Source: Candidatus Latescibacterota bacterium
GTDB taxonomy: Bacteria; Latescibacterota; UBA2968; GCA-2709665
Reading direction: 5' to 3'
Length of the DNA stretch: 64,000 nt
NCBI GenBank assembly: GCA_963667175.2
Contig: CAXXXF010000006.1
Coordinates: 192,001-256,000, forward strand
Numbering within the stretch: the stretch's first letter is position 1; every line of letters begins with the position of its first letter. Below the pieces are notes generated by a model, which worked only from the letters and a program-made list of their open reading frames with translations, had not been told where the DNA came from and did not search any database. This document shows positions 58,548 through 64,000 of the stretch, one piece after another. A program made the translations under genes and the position numbers.

Positions 58548-59432
58548 ATGACCGAATTTCGGGGCATCTACCCCGCGTTGATCACGCCGATGACGCCTGA
58601 AGGCGAATTCAGCGAAGCGGCCTTCCGACGACTCATGGAATACAACGTAAGCGCCGGGGCGCACGGCTTCTGGGTAGCGGGCGGCGCCGGCGAAAGCGTG
58701 TTGCTGGAAGACGACGAGAATTCCCGCATTGCCGGAATCGCCGCCGACCAGGCGGCCGGCCGCGCCGGAATCATCATGCACGTTGGCGCGCCGACCACCG
58801 CGCGTGCCGCCAGGATGGCTGAAAACGCAGCAAGGGCCGGCGTTGACGCCATCTGCGCCGTGCCTCCTTTCTTCTACCGGCCCGGGCCGGACGAGGTCGC
58901 AGAACACTACCGGGCGGTCGGCGCGGCCGCGGACCTTCCGCTCTTCATCTACAACATTCCAGACGCGACCGGCGTCGAGATCACACTCGAATTGGCGGAG
59001 AAGATTCAGCAGCGCGTGCCGCAACTCGCCGGACTGAAGCACTCGGCGCCCGCGTTTGCAAACACCCGTCATTTCGCCAGTATGGGCCTTTCGTGCCTGA
59101 TCGGAAGCGCGGCGCTTCTCCTTCCCGCGCTCACCATCGGCGCTTCGGGATGCGTGGATGGTCCCCTTTCACTTTCTCCGGACGTCTGGGTCAATATCTG
59201 GACGGCGTATCACCGCGGCGACGTAAAGTTCGCCGAGGCCGAACAGAAGCGGGCAGCCGAGCTCTATACGATCTTCAACCGGGCAGGATACATCGCGTCC
59301 ATGAAGGCCCTGCTGTCCGAAAAACTCGGGATCGACTGCGGGGACCCGCGCCCCCCGCAACGCCCGCTGAACAGCGAGGAAAGAGCCTTTGTCATCCGCA
59401 CGGCGACGGCGCGGGGAATGATGGAAACCTGA
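58548..59432 (+). CDS. DHDPS/N-acetylneuraminate lyase family protein
   Basis: GIYPALITP, GGAGES, FIYNIP, GLKHS. Confidence 0.88.
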   Translation: MTEFRGIYPALITPMTPEGEFSEAAFRRLMEYNVSAGAHGFWVAGGAGESVLLEDDENSRIAGIAADQAAGRAGIIMHVGAPTTARAARMAENAARAGVDAICAVPPFFYRPGPDEVAEHYRAVGAAADLPLFIYNIPDATGVEITLELAEKIQQRVPQLAGLKHSAPAFANTRHFASMGLSCLIGSAALLLPALTIGASGCVDGPLSLSPDVWVNIWTAYHRGDVKFAEAEQKRAAELYTIFNRAGYIASMKALLSEKLGIDCGDPRPPQRPLNSEERAFVIRTATARGMMET

Positions 59433-59520
59433 AGTCCGTTCCACCGTCGACCGTTCCGGACCGTGGCGATCAACCTGGCGGTCGCAATTTGCGCCACTGT
59501 GGAACTTATTCACGGAGAAT

Positions 59521-60438
59521 ATGCATATGATCCCCCTGATCAGCAGCCTGTGCTACGGAACGCTCGAAGTCTGCCAGCTTCCAAGGACCTGGTGGAAGGT
59601 CCTGCTCCGGAACGCGGGCATTCTCGACGAAGAATACCCCGACGTGAGCGAAGGTCTGGACAAGTCCGTCCTCGAAGTGCTGAATCTGGACACAGAGACG
59701 ACCCTGGCGTATTTAAGAGAGCACAGGCCCGACTACCTCCGGTTCGAAGCCTGGGTCCTCGGACAGAACGACGGAACGCTCGATGGAAGGGCGATCGTCA
59801 ACTGGAACGATTCCGTGCGCGCCCGCGTTCATACCAGGCCGGACAAGCTCGAAGAAACCACGAGCGACGTCGGCATTCCCAACGACGGCGCGATCACGTC
59901 AGCCGTGATCCTCAACAGCCTCCAGGACTGGACGCTCTTCTACAAACGCGACCTGAAGGGGGAATTCTCGGCCCTGGGCGGCCGCGTGGTTCCGCTCGTC
60001 TCCAGCCTGGACTACGGTCCTCTCAACGTCTGCCAACTCCCTCGTACGTGGCTGAAGATACTGCTCAGGTCCCGCAACCTGCTTCATCCGGACTATCCCG
60101 ATATGACCGAAGACGGGCTGGACCCCCGAGTTCTGCGCGTTGTCAACGTCCGGCCGGACGACGCCGTCCGTTTCATCAGAGAGAATGGGCCTAACTATCT
60201 CGATTTCGAAGCATGGGTTCTGCAGAAAAACGACGGACGTGTCGACCCGCGCGCCGTGGACGAGTGGAACAGCTTTGTGCGAACCCGCATCCATACCGAT
60301 GAGAAAATCGTGGATATCCACGATACATTGGGCCTGGAAAACGACGGAAGCCTGACGTCGGCCGTGGTCCTGAACCACGTTGAAGACTGGCGCTTCGCGC
60401 ATGCCGACCTGACGGGCAACACCGCCGGTTCGATTTGA
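59521..60438 (+). CDS. Internally duplicated DUF5069-like protein
   Basis: Two copies of PL.SSL.YG.L.VCQLPRTW.K.LL...YPD...GLD...YL.FEAWV. Confidence 0.7.
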   Translation: MHMIPLISSLCYGTLEVCQLPRTWWKVLLRNAGILDEEYPDVSEGLDKSVLEVLNLDTETTLAYLREHRPDYLRFEAWVLGQNDGTLDGRAIVNWNDSVRARVHTRPDKLEETTSDVGIPNDGAITSAVILNSLQDWTLFYKRDLKGEFSALGGRVVPLVSSLDYGPLNVCQLPRTWLKILLRSRNLLHPDYPDMTEDGLDPRVLRVVNVRPDDAVRFIRENGPNYLDFEAWVLQKNDGRVDPRAVDEWNSFVRTRIHTDEKIVDIHDTLGLENDGSLTSAVVLNHVEDWRFAHADLTGNTAGSI

Positions 60439-60539
60439 CCGGCAGACGCAGCCTGAAAGCCGCCGGGGTTTCTACGCTTGAAAATGGCAACCATAAACGC
60501 TCGTCTGTTTCGACATTTGGAAAGCCACCTTTTTTTTTG

Positions 60540-60568
60540 TTGACATCATCCGAACCGTGAATTAAAAT
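60540..60568 (+). promoter_or_regulatory. Near-consensus sigma70 promoter with T-tract UP-like element
   Basis: TTGACA-17 nt-TAAAAT preceded by a T run. Confidence 0.75.
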
Positions 60569-60627
60569 ACCATTAAATTCAGGTATTAGTTTACATTGTC
60601 GGCAAACAAAACCGGCCGTTCCGGAAA

Positions 60628-61428
60628 GGAGGTGATATTCGAAACCACGTCGTTAAACGTCTCGCCGCTGTACGTCTTGTTTCAGGCGGTGATCGGCGGA
60701 ACAACTGGCTACAGCCGGTCACGGACCTGTTCGCGTTCGAAAATGGGAGGTGATAGAAGAAACCACGTCGATAAACGTTTTGCCTGCTGTACATTTTACG
60801 TGAGAAACTGTGGCTCGGGGCAATAGCTGATTTGGCCCGTTGCGCGATGTGAGTGATTGAACGATTCCGAAAAATCGTGTATCACGGCCTTTCATATCAC
60901 CGCCACACCTTCTTGGTCGATCCCGGTATCCCATCAAGCTCAGTCCTTCATACGGTCTAATCACCGTCAATAATTCTCCAAATTCACGTGAATCGCTGTC
61001 CGTGGGGTGGTCGGGCTGTACGCCTGCCGCGTTAATCACGGCGTCCGCCCGATTCACGTGAATCACTGTCCATGGCGGGACTGGGTGGCGCGCCCTGCGC
61101 CTCTATCACGTTTGATCTCCCTGCTTTCTTGATTCGCTGCCATTCGTGTGGCCGGGCGGGGCGCCATGCGCCTGTATCCCGGACGATCACGGACCTGACG
61201 CGAACCACAGTTCGCGGTGCGGTTTGGTGACGTGTCTTCCGCTGTAATCTCCGAGTATATCAACACAAGCAGGGGAATCGCAGTTCCGGTGCGGTTGTGC
61301 GGCGCGCGGTCAGAACGAGACCGCACGGGGCAAGCGGTCGTGCGAGCGGTTCAAGTCTCCCAGAGGCCGCCCGCGTTTGGAACGGAGGTGATATTGGGAT
61401 TCACGTCGCGACACGTTTCGCCGCTGTA
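60628..61428 (+). repeat. Three copies of a 45-46 nt element (60628-60672, 60746-60791, 61384-61428)
   Basis: Consensus GGAGGTGATA-N8-CACGTCG-N2-AMACGT-YTYGCC-(T)GCTGTA. Confidence 0.85.
60982..61078. repeat. Two direct repeats, each starting with the perfect palindrome ATTCACGTGAAT (70-bp period)
   Basis: ATTCACGTGAATCRCTGTCCRTGG at 60982 and 61052. Confidence 0.8.
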
Positions 61429-61510
61429 GGTCTATGCGTAGACGATAATCGGCTGCAGTTTCGGTTGACGCCGATCACCAAGTTGTCCACGTTTGGAAGG
61501 GAGTCAGGAA

Positions 61511-62686
61511 ATGGATCGTGAAGATCTGAGAGAAAGAGTGGAAACACTGGAAGAAAGGCTGCGCGGGCAGAAGCGGGTAATTGCCGGTTTGATCGTCGTG
61601 TTCCTCTTCAGCGCGTCGCCGGCGTTTACGCAGGCAACGAAGTGGTTTGGGAGTATACTGCCGTCAAAGCTGACGTCGCCAGGCCTTCGGCACGGCGCTT
61701 CCCGCGGTGACGCGCGATTTGGCCATCTTTCGCCAAACGAGCCGGAAATCCCGCTACCGGAGACCGGTACGGGCGGACTGAGCAAGATCGCTCCTGAGAC
61801 AATCGTCGATGCCGGGGACACGTTGCGGGTGGGTGAACTTCAGATCGTAAATGCAAGTGGCGCGGTTGTCGCCGCCATCGGGGCGGGTCAGTCCGGAAAC
61901 GGCGCGCTGACGATCAGGAACAGCAATGGCGACGTGGTTTCCGTTGTGGGCGTCGACTCCAGGGGGCACGGCACCGTGGGGCTCCTCAATGCGTCAGGTC
62001 GAATCACGGCCGCGATGGGCGCGGATCGGACGGACGACGCCAATGGCGTGGTCGACGTCAAGAGCGCAACGGGTTCCGCGGCGGCACTCGCCTTCGATGG
62101 GGCCGGAGACGCCGCCGTTACGGTGTTCAACAAAGACAAAAAGCCGGTTTCCGGATTCGGTATCGACAATAACGACAACGGCGCCCTGCGGATCTCGAAC
62201 GCGTCGGGCGCAATCGTTGCCGCGATGGGCGCGGATAAGACGGACGACGCCAATGGATGGATGCACGTCAGGAATCAATCAGGAACTGCTGCGGGCTTCT
62301 CCGTCGACCGGGACGGAGACGGCCTGGTCATCGCGGGCAACCGGAACAACGATGAGGTTTCGATCATGGGCGCGAATGAAAACGGCCACGGCATCATCGG
62401 GTTCAAGCACGCGTCCGGGCGGGTTGTCGTTGGCATGGGGGCCGATTCGACCGGCGTGGGCGTGCTGAATATTGAAGGCGGCAGATTCCGGGCCTTTCTC
62501 GATGCCGACGGCAACGGAGTCGCGAAAACCCTGGGACGACGCGGGAACCTTCGCTGGTCCTCTGAAGCGTCTTCCGACGGCGGCGCGTCAACCGGGCTGA
62601 TCGGGGATTTCGACGGCAACGGAAAGGTCGATTTCGCGGACTTTGTGACGTTCGCCGCAAATTACGGCAAGACGAGCGGGTCGTGA
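61511..62686 (+). CDS. Exported/membrane-anchored beta-repeat protein with C-terminal EF-hand/dockerin-like motif
   Basis: N-terminal coiled coil + hydrophobic segment, about 22-aa repeats (G.G.L.I.N.SG..VA.MGA), DFDGNGKVDFADF. Confidence 0.75.
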   Translation: MDREDLRERVETLEERLRGQKRVIAGLIVVFLFSASPAFTQATKWFGSILPSKLTSPGLRHGASRGDARFGHLSPNEPEIPLPETGTGGLSKIAPETIVDAGDTLRVGELQIVNASGAVVAAIGAGQSGNGALTIRNSNGDVVSVVGVDSRGHGTVGLLNASGRITAAMGADRTDDANGVVDVKSATGSAAALAFDGAGDAAVTVFNKDKKPVSGFGIDNNDNGALRISNASGAIVAAMGADKTDDANGWMHVRNQSGTAAGFSVDRDGDGLVIAGNRNNDEVSIMGANENGHGIIGFKHASGRVVVGMGADSTGVGVLNIEGGRFRAFLDADGNGVAKTLGRRGNLRWSSEASSDGGASTGLIGDFDGNGKVDFADFVTFAANYGKTSGS

Positions 62687-63081
62687 CGGCGCGGTCGGGT
62701 TCCGCGATTTCGAGCCGACGCAGATAATGTCGACAACCGTTGCATTGCCTGGCTGACGGGCAACGTTGCGGACAGTACGTTTCCTGTCATTTCCATGCCC
62801 GCATGGATAGCGGGTTCCGCTGGATTGTCGGGATCCAGTTCACCGTGCTGGTGGCGCTTGGCACGCTCATTCTGCTCAAGTAGGGAACTTGCCGAATGAA
62901 CGCTGTCGTCCACGTCGCCACGCCCGATACTTCCGGCCACTACGCCGAAGCCATCGAAGCCGACAATGGCGCAGGCGCAACCCTGCTGGAAAGATAGCTG
63001 CCGGCGCCCGTCCGCACACACAAAACCGACGTCGGCAACCCCGCCCGCGTCGGTTTTTCTCTGCCCGGTTTGGATCCCGCC

Positions 63082-63855
63082 TCACTCCGGATCTCTGCTC
63101 CGATGGAACGCAACGAGGAAGTCGGACACCCCGCGTACGATAATGTCCAGCATGGCCCGCCCGTCCTCGACGGTGGCATCCGCCGGATTGTCGGTGTAAC
63201 CCACACCCGACTGCCATTCGCCGTGGACCTGGACCACGGCGCCCGAGAGGCCCACGTCAAGGCCGGCATCGTCGTGCACCTGGCCGCTCATTGCATCCAG
63301 CGCATTTCGGTTTACCAGGTCGGGCCGGACCGCCATCATCATTGCCGCTTCGAATCGCCCCGCGTGGCCCGGGATGACCTCTGACGGCATAATCCCGGTG
63401 AGCGCCTCGCGCGCGATGTTCCAGTAATCGCCGGTTGCCACGGCAGCCGGATTGCCTAGGCGGTTCACGAAGTCCTGCCCCACGAGTCCGTTCGGGTTGG
63501 AATTCCCCCCGTGGCCGTTCAACACCACGAGCCGATTGAAGCCGCTCCGCACGAGGCCGTCGAGAACGTCGGTGACTGCCCGGACGAACGTGGCGGCCCT
63601 GAAAGACAACACCCCCGGAAACGGATGGTGATGGTGGGAGTTGCCGAATTGCAGCGTTGGCGCCACCACGACGGGCACGTGTTCGTTTGCGTGCGCCGAG
63701 GCCTGGCGCGCGACGGTCCCGCAAAGAACGGCGTCCGTACACACCGGCAGGTGAGGTCCGTGCTGCTCGATGGCCGCCGTGGGCAGGACTGCCGTCGCCA
63801 CTGGCGCAACCTCCCGAATTTCCTCCCGGGTCATCTCTTCAAATTGGTAAGACAC
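63082..63855 (-). CDS. Creatininase family protein
   Basis: IEQHGPHLPVCTD, NGHGGN, GHAGRFE. Confidence 0.92.
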   Translation of the reverse strand: MSYQFEEMTREEIREVAPVATAVLPTAAIEQHGPHLPVCTDAVLCGTVARQASAHANEHVPVVVAPTLQFGNSHHHHPFPGVLSFRAATFVRAVTDVLDGLVRSGFNRLVVLNGHGGNSNPNGLVGQDFVNRLGNPAAVATGDYWNIAREALTGIMPSEVIPGHAGRFEAAMMMAVRPDLVNRNALDAMSGQVHDDAGLDVGLSGAVVQVHGEWQSGVGYTDNPADATVEDGRAMLDIIVRGVSDFLVAFHRSRDPE

Positions 63856-63906
63856 GCAAAATCCCCCTGTCGCGGTAGAACGATGACGAATCTGAAAGAC
63901 GAGACG

Positions 63907-64000
63907 TTAAATCTCCTCGAACGGATACAGCGGGCGCCTGCGATGATGAAACTCGAACTTGCGCATATCCGCCGCCGTTGCGCCGGGTGTGTCCACGCGT
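63907..64000 (-). CDS. C-terminus of a probable M81/MlrC metallopeptidase (partial)
   Basis: Manual translation RVDTPGATAADMRKFEFHHRRRPLYPFEEI*. Confidence 0.6.
   Translation of the reverse strand, partial: RVDTPGATAADMRKFEFHHRRRPLYPFEEI

Noticed and set aside
60628-61428. 45-nt repeats as a CRISPR or attC array
   Set aside because: Irregular spacing (about 73 and 590 bp gaps), internal variability, no cas or integron integrase nearby

Overview
GC-rich bacterial chromosomal window. The C-terminal DFxGxGxVDFxDF EF-hand/dockerin-like tags and the many creatininase, DHDPS and Gfo paralogues suggest a Latescibacterota/Poribacteria-like organism, but that is inference only. Left part (about 2.7-13.3 kb): a largely AT-richer defence hotspot holding an AAA/PD-(D/E)XK protein, an orphan HigA with a HigB remnant, a NucS-like nuclease with a PUA/EVE-like tail, a tightly coupled MORC/GHKL ATPase + SAM-fold unknown + BamHI-like DNA methyltransferase module, and a convergent Type II-like REase/MTase pair behind a ribbon-helix-helix regulator. 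Two decayed GNAT copies lie among these genes. Middle: metabolic and housekeeping genes (iorA-like, lepB, rel, mutS, mtaB, rpsA, cmk, scpAB, gcvH, accBC, efp, bioB, mnmG, smpB, rdgB, SLT). Right: a carbohydrate-catabolism-like cluster, then about 1 kb of non-coding DNA with a near-consensus sigma70 promoter, three conserved 45-nt SD-containing elements and a duplicated palindrome, upstream of a secreted repeat protein. A short MITE-like element recurs at gene stop codons. No rRNA, tRNA, CRISPR array, integrase or transposase was seen. All family calls come from motif recognition, not database searches.
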